Shown here in pieces: positions 1-14,017 of a DNA stretch of 52,996 bases. Made by a program: the position numbers and the translations under genes. The first letter of the stretch is position 1. Every line of letters starts with the position of its first letter. The stretch is from the NCBI GenBank assembly GCA_036149055.1, contig JAYZQJ010000187.1, forward strand, positions 1 to 52,996, read 5' to 3'. This stretch comes from Myxococcota bacterium (lineage in GTDB: Bacteria; Myxococcota_A; Polyangia; Polyangiales; Sandaracinaceae). The notes below the pieces were generated by a model. That model searched no databases. It saw only the letters and a program-made list of their open reading frames with translations, and was not told the origin of the DNA.

Positions 1-32
1 CGCGCCGCTGCACCGGCTCCGCGGGGCCCCCC

Positions 33-431
33 CTGCCCACTCCGGGACCTCGCTCCGCTCGGCCCCGACCCCAGCGCGGGGCGCTGGGTCCCCTGCGGCT
101 CGCGCGCGCGCTGCGCGCGAGCTGGCCGCCCGCTGCCGCGGGCTCGAACACAGGGGGTGGCGCGTGCGGCGACCGCGCTGCGCTCGTCGCCTGCCGTGGT
201 CTCGGGTCAGTGCCGTGGAAGCGGCGGGGGTGCCCCGGCGCCATGGTTTGCCACCTCTCGAGTTTCTGGGCAGGGGCGGGTCCGCCCGGGTCCGCCCCCG
301 CCCCCCGCTGCCCACTCCGGGACCTCGCTCCGCTCGGCCCCGACCCCAGCGCGGGGCGCTGGGGGCCCTGCGGCTCGCGCTCGCGCTGCGCGCGAGCTGG
401 CCGCCCGCCGCCGAGGGTTCGAACCCGGGGG
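33..431. repeat. Two direct copies (~33-157 and ~308-431) of a ~125-bp hairpin-rich REP-like element
   Basis: Both copies begin ctgcccactccgggacctcgctccgctcggccccgaccccagcgcggggcgctggg, 275 bp apart. Internal stems are cccagcgc/gcgctggg and gctcgcgc/gcgcgagc. Confidence 0.85.
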
Positions 432-490
432 ATGGAAGCGGGGCCGGGGTCGGACCCAGGCTCGCGCCGCGCTCGGTAGAGGTCGATGAA

Positions 491-785
491 CCGACGCCGA
501 ATCCGGGACCGACGCCGAATCCGAGTCCGAGACCGACGCCGAATCCGGAACCGACACCGAGTCCGAATCCGGGACCGATTCCGAGACCGACGCCGAGTCC
601 GAGACCGACGCCGAATCCGAGACCGACGCCGAATCCGAGACCGACACCGACACCGAGTCCGAGACCGAAGCCGAATCCGAGACCGACGCCGAATCCGACT
701 CCGAGACCGACGCCGAATCCGAGACCGAGTCCGAGGCCGACGCCGAGTCCGAGACCGAATCCGAGACCGACACCGAGTCCGAGAC
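491..785. repeat. Hexamer (CCGAnn) tandem array
   Basis: Continuous run of ccgacg/ccgaat/ccgaga/ccgagt units. All frames give low-complexity peptides (PTPNPR, RRRIRD, SDSASV). Confidence 0.95.
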
Positions 786-939
786 GAAGGAGCCCGGGGA
801 CGATCTTCCCCATTTCCCCAAGAGCGCGGGAGCGACGCGACCGGCGTTGTCGTCAGCTATTCCTCTTCGCCTCCCGCCTCCCATCTCCCTCACCGCGCCG
901 ACCACGAAGCGCTCGGTGTCGGGGTCGACGAGGAGCGGG

Positions 940-3165
940 ATGGGGAACCAGGCTCGATTGCGGGTATGGTGCGCGGCTGTCGTGCGTGGTCGCTGTTGGC
1001 TCCTGCTGCTCCTCGCGTCTCTGACGCCCGCGGTCTCGCGCGCGCAGGACGCGCGTCCGCTGTCGCGCGCGGCGCGGCGCACGGGACCGATCGCGCTCGA
1101 CGGTCGGCTCGACGAGCCGGACTGGCAGCGGGCGCCGATCCTCGCCGACTTCGTCGAGCGGGTGCCCGATCCGGGCGGGACGCCGCCGGTGCGCACCGAG
1201 GCTCGGGTGCTGGTGGACGACGGCGCGGTGTACGTCGGGGTGACGAGCTACCTGGCGCCGGGGGAGACGCCGCGGGCGCTGGAGCTGACCCGGGACTCGT
1301 TCCGCATCTGGAGCGACGACGCGGTGACGATCAAGTTCGACGTGCGCCGCGACCGGCGGAGCACGGTCGGCTTCGCGGTGAACCCGGCGGGCGCGCAGAT
1401 CGACTTCGTCGCGCTCGACAACGGGCGCTCGTTCCGGCGCGAGTACGACGCGGTGTGGGAGGCGGGGACCCACGTGCGCGAGGACGCCTGGGTGGCCGAG
1501 TTCCGCATCCCCTCGGCCGCGCTCCGGCTGCCGCCGGGGGACGAGCACCGGATCTTCGGCTTCAACGTGACCCGCGATCACAACGCGCGGCAGGCGACCT
1601 ACGACTGGTCGCACCTGCCGCCCGAGTTCGGCGCCGCGTCGGCGATGCACTACGGCGACCTCGGCGGCCTCGCGGGGCTCGGCGGCGGGCGGGTGCTGAT
1701 CGTGAACCCCTACGTGCTCGCCACCTGGCCGGGGCGCGCCGAGTGGAACATGCCGATCGAGGTCCGCGCCGGGGGCGAGCTCCGGACGCGGCTCGGCGAG
1801 GACATCTGGGGCGAGCTGACCTTCCTCACCGACTTCGCCGAGGTCGACCTCGACTCGCAGGTCGTGAACCTCGACCGCTTCCCGCTGTTCTTCCCCGAGC
1901 GCCGCCCCTTCTTCCTCACCGGCCTCGACGTCTTCCAGTTCGGCGCGCTCGAGGAGGCGCAGCTCTTCTTCACCCGCCGCATCGGCCTCGACGCCCGCGC
2001 CAACCCGGTGCCGATCTACGGCGGCCTCAAGGCCTACGGCCGCGAGGGGATCTTCTCCTTCGGCGTGCTCGACGTGGCGACCGGCGCCACCGAGACCACC
2101 CCGGCGGCCAACTGGGGCGTGGCGCGGGTCCGCGCCAACCTCGGCGAGGCCTCGTACGTCGGCGCGCTCGTCGGCAGCCGGGCGAACCTCTCCGGCCCGG
2201 ACGGCCTCCTCCCCGGCGACCTCGACCCGGCGCCGCACTGGTCGGTCGGCCTCGACGGTTTGGTGCGCGCGCTCGACGGCCGCCTCGAGCTCAACGGCTT
2301 CGGCGCGTTCACGCACCGCGAGGGCGAGGAGGCGGCCGAGGGCCTCGCCGGCCGGGCCGAGGCGCGCTGGCGGGGCGAGGCGTGGATGCCGTCGATCAGC
2401 GCGCTCTACCTGCAGGAGGGCTTCGAGCCGGAGCTCGGCTTCGTGCGCCGCCCCGCGATCGTGCAGGGCAACGCGTCGAGCCCGGTGGTCCTCCGTCAGC
2501 CCGCCCGCGGCCTGCGCACGCTGACCCTCGGCCTCGCCGGGCGCGTGGAGGCGAGCGACACCCTCGAGGAGCTGCTGCGGCTCTCGGGCGGCTGGTCGAT
2601 CGTGCTCGAGACCGACGAGCGCCTCAGCTTCTCGGCCGACGCCGACTACGTGCAAGACGTCGTGCGAGAGCCGTTCACCCTCGCCGGCCAGATCGACGTC
2701 GAGGCCGGCGAGTACCGCGGCGTGCGCGCCCACGCGGGCTTCGCCACGCCCGACAGCCGCAACCCGGTGCTCGCCCTGGACCTGACGGCGCAGAACGCGT
2801 TCTTCGGCGGCTCGCTCTACCGGGCCGACGTCAGCGTCTCGGCCGCGTTCGGCGCGCACTTCCGGGCGGAGGTCGGCGCCTCGGGGGCCCTCCTCGACTT
2901 CCGCGATCACGAGCTCCTGCCGACCCTCGCCGTCAACTCGCTGTTCAGCGTCACCCCCGACCCCTTCGTCGTCATCGACGCCGTCGGGCAGCTCAACACG
3001 GTGGCCGAGCGCTTCATCGGCATGCTGCGGCTGCGCTGGCGCTACCTCCCGGGGAGCGACCTCTTCCTGGTCTGGCGGGAGGTCGTGGACTACCTGGGGG
3101 GCGTGGTGGCGACCGAGGAGCGCGTCACGCTCAAGGTGAGCTACCGCTACGACGCGGTCCTGTGA
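940..3165 (+). CDS. Exported protein with CBM9-like N-terminal domain and DUF5916-like probable beta-barrel region
   Basis: ATG at 940 after gaggag; signal peptide ending VSRA-Q; motifs [49 protein letters not shown]. The start could instead be a GTG near 982. Confidence 0.8.
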   Translation: MGNQARLRVWCAAVVRGRCWLLLLLASLTPAVSRAQDARPLSRAARRTGPIALDGRLDEPDWQRAPILADFVERVPDPGGTPPVRTEARVLVDDGAVYVGVTSYLAPGETPRALELTRDSFRIWSDDAVTIKFDVRRDRRSTVGFAVNPAGAQIDFVALDNGRSFRREYDAVWEAGTHVREDAWVAEFRIPSAALRLPPGDEHRIFGFNVTRDHNARQATYDWSHLPPEFGAASAMHYGDLGGLAGLGGGRVLIVNPYVLATWPGRAEWNMPIEVRAGGELRTRLGEDIWGELTFLTDFAEVDLDSQVVNLDRFPLFFPERRPFFLTGLDVFQFGALEEAQLFFTRRIGLDARANPVPIYGGLKAYGREGIFSFGVLDVATGATETTPAANWGVARVRANLGEASYVGALVGSRANLSGPDGLLPGDLDPAPHWSVGLDGLVRALDGRLELNGFGAFTHREGEEAAEGLAGRAEARWRGEAWMPSISALYLQEGFEPELGFVRRPAIVQGNASSPVVLRQPARGLRTLTLGLAGRVEASDTLEELLRLSGGWSIVLETDERLSFSADADYVQDVVREPFTLAGQIDVEAGEYRGVRAHAGFATPDSRNPVLALDLTAQNAFFGGSLYRADVSVSAAFGAHFRAEVGASGALLDFRDHELLPTLAVNSLFSVTPDPFVVIDAVGQLNTVAERFIGMLRLRWRYLPGSDLFLVWREVVDYLGGVVATEERVTLKVSYRYDAVL

Positions 3166-3701
3166 TGCAGACGATCTTCGAGACCGAGCGCCTCCTCGCC
3201 GGGGTGTGGGATCCCCCGCGCCACGCGCCGGCGGCCTTCGCCATCTACGGAGACCCCGAGGTCACCCGGACCATCGGCGGGGACACCGTCCCGGACGTCG
3301 ACGCCCTGGCGACCCGGATGAGGGAGGCCCTGAAGCGCTACGCCGGCTACGGCGCGCCCTTCTGCTGGGCGCCGCTGTTCCGCAAAGAGGACGCCGCGCT
3401 CGTTGGCGCCGCCCTGCTCAAGCCGCTCCCCGACGCCAACCTCCAGCCCACCCCCGACATCGAGGTCGGCTGGCACCTCGCCCGCGCCTGGTGGGGCCAC
3501 GGCTACGCCACCGAGGCCGGCCGCGCCCTCATCGCCCGCGGCTTCGCCCACCTCGACGTCGACACCCTCCACGCCGTCGTCGACCCCGGCAACACGCGAA
3601 GCGAGGCCGTCGCCCGCCGCTGCGGCATGACCCACGCCGGCCGCACCTCCCGCTGGTACGGCAAACGCCTCGAGCACTACCTCATCCACCGCCCCGTTTG
3701 A
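3165..3701 (+). CDS. GNAT N-acetyltransferase, RimJ/RimL family
   Basis: TGATG overlap with the upstream stop; motifs FETERL, EVGWHLARAWWGHGYATEA, NTRSEAVARRCGM. Confidence 0.92.
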   Translation: MQTIFETERLLAGVWDPPRHAPAAFAIYGDPEVTRTIGGDTVPDVDALATRMREALKRYAGYGAPFCWAPLFRKEDAALVGAALLKPLPDANLQPTPDIEVGWHLARAWWGHGYATEAGRALIARGFAHLDVDTLHAVVDPGNTRSEAVARRCGMTHAGRTSRWYGKRLEHYLIHRPV

Positions 3702-3860
3702 TGGAGGTCTGCATCGTTCCCGCCGTGCTCGGGGGTTTCGCGGAAGAGGGAGAGGGGAGGATGGAGGCGAGGAGAAAATAGCTGGCCCCAGCGCCGCCGA
3801 TCTCCGTTTTCAGCGTTCAAGCTCGCGTCCGGGCTCGGAAACTCCGAGTTCGAGGTTCTG

Positions 3861-4190
3861 CTCTCGAATTCGAGAGCTGATTGATAGCGCGAATCAACTG
3901 GACTCTGAAGTCAGAGAGTTTTCGGTAACGCGTATCGAGATCTGCTCTGAGCTCAGAGCCCAATTGATAACTGGAATCGACTGAACTCTGACCTCAGAGC
4001 CCAGTTGATAGCGCGAATCAACTGGACTCTGAGCTCAGACCCTTTTCGATTGCGAATATCAAACAGAGCTCTGCGCTCAGAGCCCAGTTGATAGCCGGAA
4101 TCGAAAACTCTCTGAGCGCAGAGCAGAATCGTTGTCGATCTGATTTTCGCGCTCGAGCCCAGAGCCCAGTTGATAATCGGAATCGACTGG
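3861..4190. repeat. Lower-GC array of palindromic units with 41-42 bp period
   Basis: CTCTGAGCTCAGAG-like dyads start at about 3861, 3903, 3945, 3986, 4027, 4069, 4110 and 4152. The intervening segments are related to CCAGTTGATAnnnGAATCrACTGG. Confidence 0.9.
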
Positions 4191-4270
4191 CCCCAGCCCA
4201 CCCGCCCCGGTGTTCATCGCGAGCTCCTTGGGTGACGAGGACGCAGAGCCCGCCAAACCGTGGCCAGCCC

Positions 4271-4430
4271 CCATCCCGCAGCCACCCCACCCCTTTGCGT
4301 CTTTGCGCCTTTGCGAGAGTAATTTCGCTCCCGAAGCGTCCATCACGAACGAAGCCGACAACCCGAGACCCGGCGAGCCCCCATCCCGCGGCCACCCCAC
4401 CCATCTCTGCGTCTCTGCGCCTCTGCGAGA
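4271..4430. repeat. Two ~50-bp copies each ending in an octamer triplet (ctttgcgN x3 and ctctgcgN x3)
   Basis: ccatcccgcagccaccccacccctttgcgtctttgcgcctttgcgaga (4271-4318) and ccatcccgcggccaccccacccatctctgcgtctctgcgcctctgcgaga (4381-4430). Confidence 0.85.
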
Positions 4431-4462
4431 GACAAATTGCCACCGAAGCCCGAAGCGTGAGC

Positions 4463-5509
4463 TTACAGCTGCAGGCCAGCCCCGAAGGCCACCGACCACT
4501 GGCGAGGGAGGTCGCTGGGGAGGTCGCCGTCGAGCTCGCCGGGCTTGGCCGCGTCGAACATGAACGAGCCGAGCAGGGTGAACCACTCGTAGCGGATCTG
4601 GAGGCCGCCGCCGATGCGCACGCGGGTGGAGCGCAGGGAGGGGAAGACCACGTTGTCGTTCAGCTCCGCGCCGCCCGCGGTGCAGTACGGCGGAGTGCCG
4701 AAGTCCGGGTCGTCGCGCGGCGGCGTCGCCGGGTCCGGGCGGCAGTCGCTGAAGGTGTCGGACTCGGGCGTGATGTCGACCAGCTCGCTGTCGACGAAGA
4801 CGAACGCCACCTGGCCGTAGATCGACGGGATGATCTCGACCGAGTTGCCCACGATGAAGGGCTCGCTGATCACCAGGTCGACGCTGGGCACGGTGACGTT
4901 GAACTCGCCGTCGCCCATCAGGGTCTGCACCGAGCCGCGCACCGCGAGATCCGGGATCCAGCCGACCTCCTCGCGGAAGCCCTCCCAGAGCGCCCAGCGG
5001 ACCTCGAGGCCGAGGGTCCAGTAGCTCGTGTTCGCGAGGTAGCCGACGTTGGTGCCGAGCTCGAAGCCGAACGGCAGGCCCTTGCGCACGTTCATCCGGC
5101 CCCAGGCGAGCACCGAGTCGGCGAAGCGGCTGCGGCCGCTCGAGCCCATGCCGTCGCCCTCGACCGCGCGGAACCAGGCGTCGCCGACCGCGTTGCCGTC
5201 GTCGTTGTCGATGCCGGTGAGCCAGCTCTCGAAACCGACGTAGATGCCGCGCACCCCGCGGGTCCCGGCCGGGGTCAGCATCGGCGGGATCATCGAGCCC
5301 GCGAACTGGGTCATGACCCGGCACCACGCGGGATCGTCGCGGGTGAAGCCCATGCCGCCGCCGCCGGTGTCGTCGGCGCAGTTCGACGCGCCGTCGACGC
5401 CCGCGGTCCGGAGACGAGAGGCGGCGATGTTCATGTCCTGCGCCGCGGCCGGCGCGCTGATGGACAGCAGGGTCGCGACGACGAGCGCGCTCGGCAGAAG
5501 GCGGTTCAA
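4463..5509 (-). CDS. Hypothetical exported protein, probable outer-membrane beta-barrel
   Basis: TTG start with GGAG upstream; signal peptide LNRLLPSALVVATLLSISAPAAA-Q; amphipathic strands (RKGLPFGFELG, WTLGLEVRWAL); C-terminus WSVAFGAGLQL. Confidence 0.75.
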   Translation of the reverse strand: MNRLLPSALVVATLLSISAPAAAQDMNIAASRLRTAGVDGASNCADDTGGGGMGFTRDDPAWCRVMTQFAGSMIPPMLTPAGTRGVRGIYVGFESWLTGIDNDDGNAVGDAWFRAVEGDGMGSSGRSRFADSVLAWGRMNVRKGLPFGFELGTNVGYLANTSYWTLGLEVRWALWEGFREEVGWIPDLAVRGSVQTLMGDGEFNVTVPSVDLVISEPFIVGNSVEIIPSIYGQVAFVFVDSELVDITPESDTFSDCRPDPATPPRDDPDFGTPPYCTAGGAELNDNVVFPSLRSTRVRIGGGLQIRYEWFTLLGSFMFDAAKPGELDGDLPSDLPRQWSVAFGAGLQL

Positions 5510-5596
5510 GGCAAGCGTCTCCGACCGCGACGCTACCGCTCCGAGGCGATTTCCGTCAACTCTTGGCGGCCGCGAGCCGCCGCGGCATGGTCCGGC

Positions 5597-6106
5597 GTGC
5601 CCGACGGCCCGAAGCTCCGCTTCCCTCCCCTCGAGACGCCCTTCCGGGTCGTGCTCGTCGAGCCGGAGATCCCTCCCAACACCGGCGCGGTCGCCCGGAC
5701 CTGCGTCGGCACCGGCAGCGCGCTCCACCTGGTGGGCGAGCTCGGCTTCGACATCTCCGAGCACGCCGTCCGCCGCGCCGGGCTGGACTACTGGCCGCTC
5801 CTCGACCTGCACCGGCACGACGACCTCGACGGCTTCCGGGCCGCCCACCCGGACGCCCGCCTCCATCTGTTCAGCGCCAACGCGCGCGCCAGCTACCTCG
5901 AGGCGGACTTCCGCCCCGGCGACGCCCTGGTGTTCGGCAAGGAGTCGGTGGGGCTGCCCCCGGAGCTGGTCGCGAAGGAGCCGCGGGTCTGGGGCATCCC
6001 GACCGCCGGCGGCGTGCGATCGCTGAACCTGTCCAACGCGGTCACGGTCGCGCTCTACGAGGCGCTCCGGCGATCCGGCGCCCTCGACCAGACCGAGATG
6101 CGGTGA
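5597..6106 (+). CDS. trmL: tRNA (cytidine/uridine(34)-2'-O)-methyltransferase, SPOUT family
   Basis: Motifs VVLVEPEIPPNTG, RRAGLDYW, LVFGKESVGLP, RSLNLSNAV. The GTG start is inferred. Confidence 0.93.
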   Translation: MPDGPKLRFPPLETPFRVVLVEPEIPPNTGAVARTCVGTGSALHLVGELGFDISEHAVRRAGLDYWPLLDLHRHDDLDGFRAAHPDARLHLFSANARASYLEADFRPGDALVFGKESVGLPPELVAKEPRVWGIPTAGGVRSLNLSNAVTVALYEALRRSGALDQTEMR

Positions 6107-6122
6107 GCTCGTTGGAGGGTTT

Positions 6123-6166
6123 GGCGACCTCGCTGCGCTCGTCGCCTGCCGTCGCCTCGGGTCAGT
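6123..6166. repeat. Dispersed copy of the 44-bp hairpin element also found at 168-211
   Basis: ggcgacctcgctgcgctcgtcgcctgccgtcgcctcgggtcagt versus ggcgaccgcgctgcgctcgtcgcctgccgtggtctcgggtcagt: 3 mismatches in 44. Confidence 0.85.
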
Positions 6167-6330
6167 CGTCGCGGTAGAGCGGGCCTGGGCCGCCCCGGCC
6201 CGACCGGCAAGGCCGGCTCGGGCTCCCTCCCGATCTCACGCGCTCGCGCGCGTGCGAGCTGCGGCAGTGCTCGCCGCACCTCGACCGGCTGGTCAGGGCT
6301 TCGGGTCCGTGGCAGCCTCGGTGGCTGCTC

Positions 6331-7215
6331 GTGCGCCGCTCTCTCCCGCTCGCGCTCCTCCTGAGCGCGCTGATCTTCGCGATCGACTCGCCACCGGCGG
6401 GCGCCGATCAGGCCGAGGTGACCCGGGAGGACCCCGAGGTCGAGGCGGAAGGCGCCGCGGCGGGGGCGGCGGAGTGCGACGCGTCGGCCGGCGGGGACGT
6501 CGAGGAGCTGATCGCCGATCAGCCCGAGGACCGCACCCTCGAGACGCCGCGGCCCACCCGCTGGCGCGAGTCGCGGGGCCGGCAGTGCCAGCGCTACCAC
6601 GGGCGGGTGGTCTGCGACGGGCCGCGGCGGGTGCCCGAGCCGTTCGGCCCGGCGGCGGCCCGGGCGGTCCGGCTCGGCCTCGACGACGAGCGGCGGGTCG
6701 GCCGGCTGGCGCTGAACGGGCCGCCCGAGGAGCGCTGGCTCGAGGCGGTGGACGGCGACGCGGGCCCCGGGCTGCTCTGGCCGGTCCCGGGCGGCCGGTT
6801 CTGGCGGGGCTTCGGCCGACACCGGGAGCTGCGGCGCGGCCGCGGCGGTCGGCTGCGCCGGGGGCGACGACGCCGGCTTCACCGCGGGGTCGACATCGGC
6901 GCCGAGGCGGGCACGCCGATCCGCGCGGTGAACGACGGGCTCGTGCTCTACAGCTACAACGGCATGCGGGGCTACGGGAACTCGGTCGTGCTGCTCCACG
7001 GCGACGGCTCGGTGACCCTCTACGCGCACTGCCAGGCGACCCACGTGTTCGCCGGCCAGCGGGTGCGGCGCGGGCAGGTCATCGGGGAGGTCGGCCACAC
7101 CGGGCTCGCCCACGGCGACCACCTCCACTTCGAGTGGCGCCAGGGCGGGCGACCGCGCGATCCTCTGCCGCACTTCGTCGGGCGCGAGACCGACGAGAGC
7201 CTCGCCGCCCGGTGA
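6331..7215 (+). CDS. Exported M23 family metallopeptidase
   Basis: Signal peptide; zinc motifs HRGVD, LYAH and HLHFE; also GYGNSVVLLH. Confidence 0.92.
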   Translation: MRRSLPLALLLSALIFAIDSPPAGADQAEVTREDPEVEAEGAAAGAAECDASAGGDVEELIADQPEDRTLETPRPTRWRESRGRQCQRYHGRVVCDGPRRVPEPFGPAAARAVRLGLDDERRVGRLALNGPPEERWLEAVDGDAGPGLLWPVPGGRFWRGFGRHRELRRGRGGRLRRGRRRRLHRGVDIGAEAGTPIRAVNDGLVLYSYNGMRGYGNSVVLLHGDGSVTLYAHCQATHVFAGQRVRRGQVIGEVGHTGLAHGDHLHFEWRQGGRPRDPLPHFVGRETDESLAAR

Positions 7216-7323
7216 TCCCGCGTGAAGTCGCGTCCTCGCCCGGGCGTCGGGGGGCCGTGAACTCGCGTTTACATTCGGGGCGATCTCGAACGTGATCCCC
7301 CTCCCAATGCGCCTAGCGTCCCC

Positions 7324-7339
7324 TGGCATGGTCCTGGCA
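7324..7339 (+). promoter_or_regulatory. Candidate sigma-54 (-24/-12) promoter
   Basis: TGGCATGGTCCTGGCA has the GG-N10-GC spacing of TGGCAC-N5-TTGCW and ends about 40 bp before the ATG at 7381. Confidence 0.5.
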
Positions 7340-7380
7340 ACAGTTTCGGTGCGGCCATCCGCATGGAGGAGTCGAGCCCG

Positions 7381-8445
7381 ATGAAGAACATTCTGCGCGC
7401 CCTGACCGTCGCGATCCCGATGTCAGCCCTGCTCTACGGCTGTCCCATCTACACGGGTGACGACGATCCCCCCTTCGCCTGCTCCGACGACGGCGACTGC
7501 CCCACCGGCGAGTCCTGCGTCCGGAACCGCTGCGTCCCGCCCGGCCCGACCTGCGCCGAGGACGCCGACTGTGACCGCGGCGAGGTCTGTGAGGGCGGCG
7601 CCTGCCAGCCCGGCCAGCGCTGCACCGACGCCACCGACTGCCCGGCCGGCATGCTCTGCGAGGGCGGCCTCTGCGAGAGCCCGCCCGACCGCTCCTGCCG
7701 CACCCACGGCGACTGCGCCGCGGGCGACTACTGCATGGCCGGCGAGTGCGCGCCCTCCGGGACCTGCGCCGACGACGGCGACTGCGACGCCGGCTTCTGG
7801 TGCGACTTCCGCGACACCTGCGTGCCGCGCGAGGACGGCGCCTGCCGCACCGCCGACGACTGCAGCGGCGACCAGCTCTGCATCGAGGGCCGCTGCGAGG
7901 CGCGCGACGACGCCTGCCAGTTCGACCGTCAGTGCGCGCCGGGCACCGTCTGCCTGAACAACCACTGCACCGGGGTCTGCACCGCGGACACCGACTGCGG
8001 CGCCGGCCAGAGCTGCCAGGGCGGCTTCTGCCGGGCCGACGGCACCGAGTGCACCCGCTCCAGCCAGTGCGGCGTCGGCGAGAACTGCGTCGACGGTCGC
8101 TGCCTCGACGACTGCTCCATCGGCGCGGTCTGCGGCATGGACGAGTACTGCGGCGACGACATGTTCTGCCGCCCCGACTGGCAGCCCGAGCCCTTCTGCA
8201 CGATGGACTCCGACTGCCGCTCCGGCCGCGTCTGCCGCGACGGCGTGTGCCGCACCCCCTGCCCGTCGATGACGGACGAGGAGTGCCGCCGCTTCGACTC
8301 GCAGGTGCCCGAGTGCCGTCAGGACACCGGCAGCGGCGAGTACCTCTGCAACGCGACCAACGAGCTGATGCCGGAGTGCCGCGTGGCCGACGACTGTGAC
8401 GCCGGCCAGGACTGCCTCGACGCGGTCTGCCGCAACCGGCGCTGA
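7381..8445 (+). CDS. Cys-rich repeat lipoprotein (CxxDxDC/CxxGxxC repeats)
   Basis: GGAGGAG RBS; lipobox LLYG-C; many CxxDxDCxxGxxCxxGxC units. Confidence 0.88.
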   Translation: MKNILRALTVAIPMSALLYGCPIYTGDDDPPFACSDDGDCPTGESCVRNRCVPPGPTCAEDADCDRGEVCEGGACQPGQRCTDATDCPAGMLCEGGLCESPPDRSCRTHGDCAAGDYCMAGECAPSGTCADDGDCDAGFWCDFRDTCVPREDGACRTADDCSGDQLCIEGRCEARDDACQFDRQCAPGTVCLNNHCTGVCTADTDCGAGQSCQGGFCRADGTECTRSSQCGVGENCVDGRCLDDCSIGAVCGMDEYCGDDMFCRPDWQPEPFCTMDSDCRSGRVCRDGVCRTPCPSMTDEECRRFDSQVPECRQDTGSGEYLCNATNELMPECRVADDCDAGQDCLDAVCRNRR

Positions 8446-8490
8446 GCTTCCGTACGACTCCTCCAACACCATCTCACCATTGCTCGACAG

Positions 8491-8522
8491 ACGCCCCCCT
8501 CGGCTCGCCCCGAGGGGGGCGT
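8491..8522 (+). terminator. Stem-loop after the Cys-rich lipoprotein gene
   Basis: 13-bp stem acgcccccctcgg/ccgaggggggcgt; no clear U-tract. Confidence 0.55.
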
Positions 8523-8588
8523 CGCCCTTCCGTCGGGTCGGGGACGATCCCCATTGAACCCGCCCGCGGCCGCTGTACCCTCACTGCG

Positions 8589-13994
<5,406 letters not shown>

Positions 13995-14017
13995 TCGGGC
14001 GCGCCAGCGCCCGGCTA

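Noticed and set aside
405..431. tRNA suggested by the T-loop-like GGTTCGAACCC
   Set aside because: There is no 5-bp T stem, cloverleaf or CCA end, and the other repeat copy reads ggctcgaacac.
157..1196. Pro-rich or Ser/Asp-rich proteins encoded by the repeat arrays (also ORFs within 37376-38360)
   Set aside because: Stop-free hexamer repeats are open in most frames on both strands, and there is no RBS, signal or domain to favour any one frame.
486..3164. 1071-aa ORF 486..3701 as one protein
   Set aside because: The N-terminal part is Arg-rich off-frame translation of the hexamer array and the DUF5916-like gene. Only 3165-3701 (GNAT) is credible.
3861..4190. CRISPR array
   Set aside because: The repeat is only ~14 bp and degenerate, the 'spacers' are homologous to one another (one 28-mer recurs exactly), and no cas genes are present in the window.
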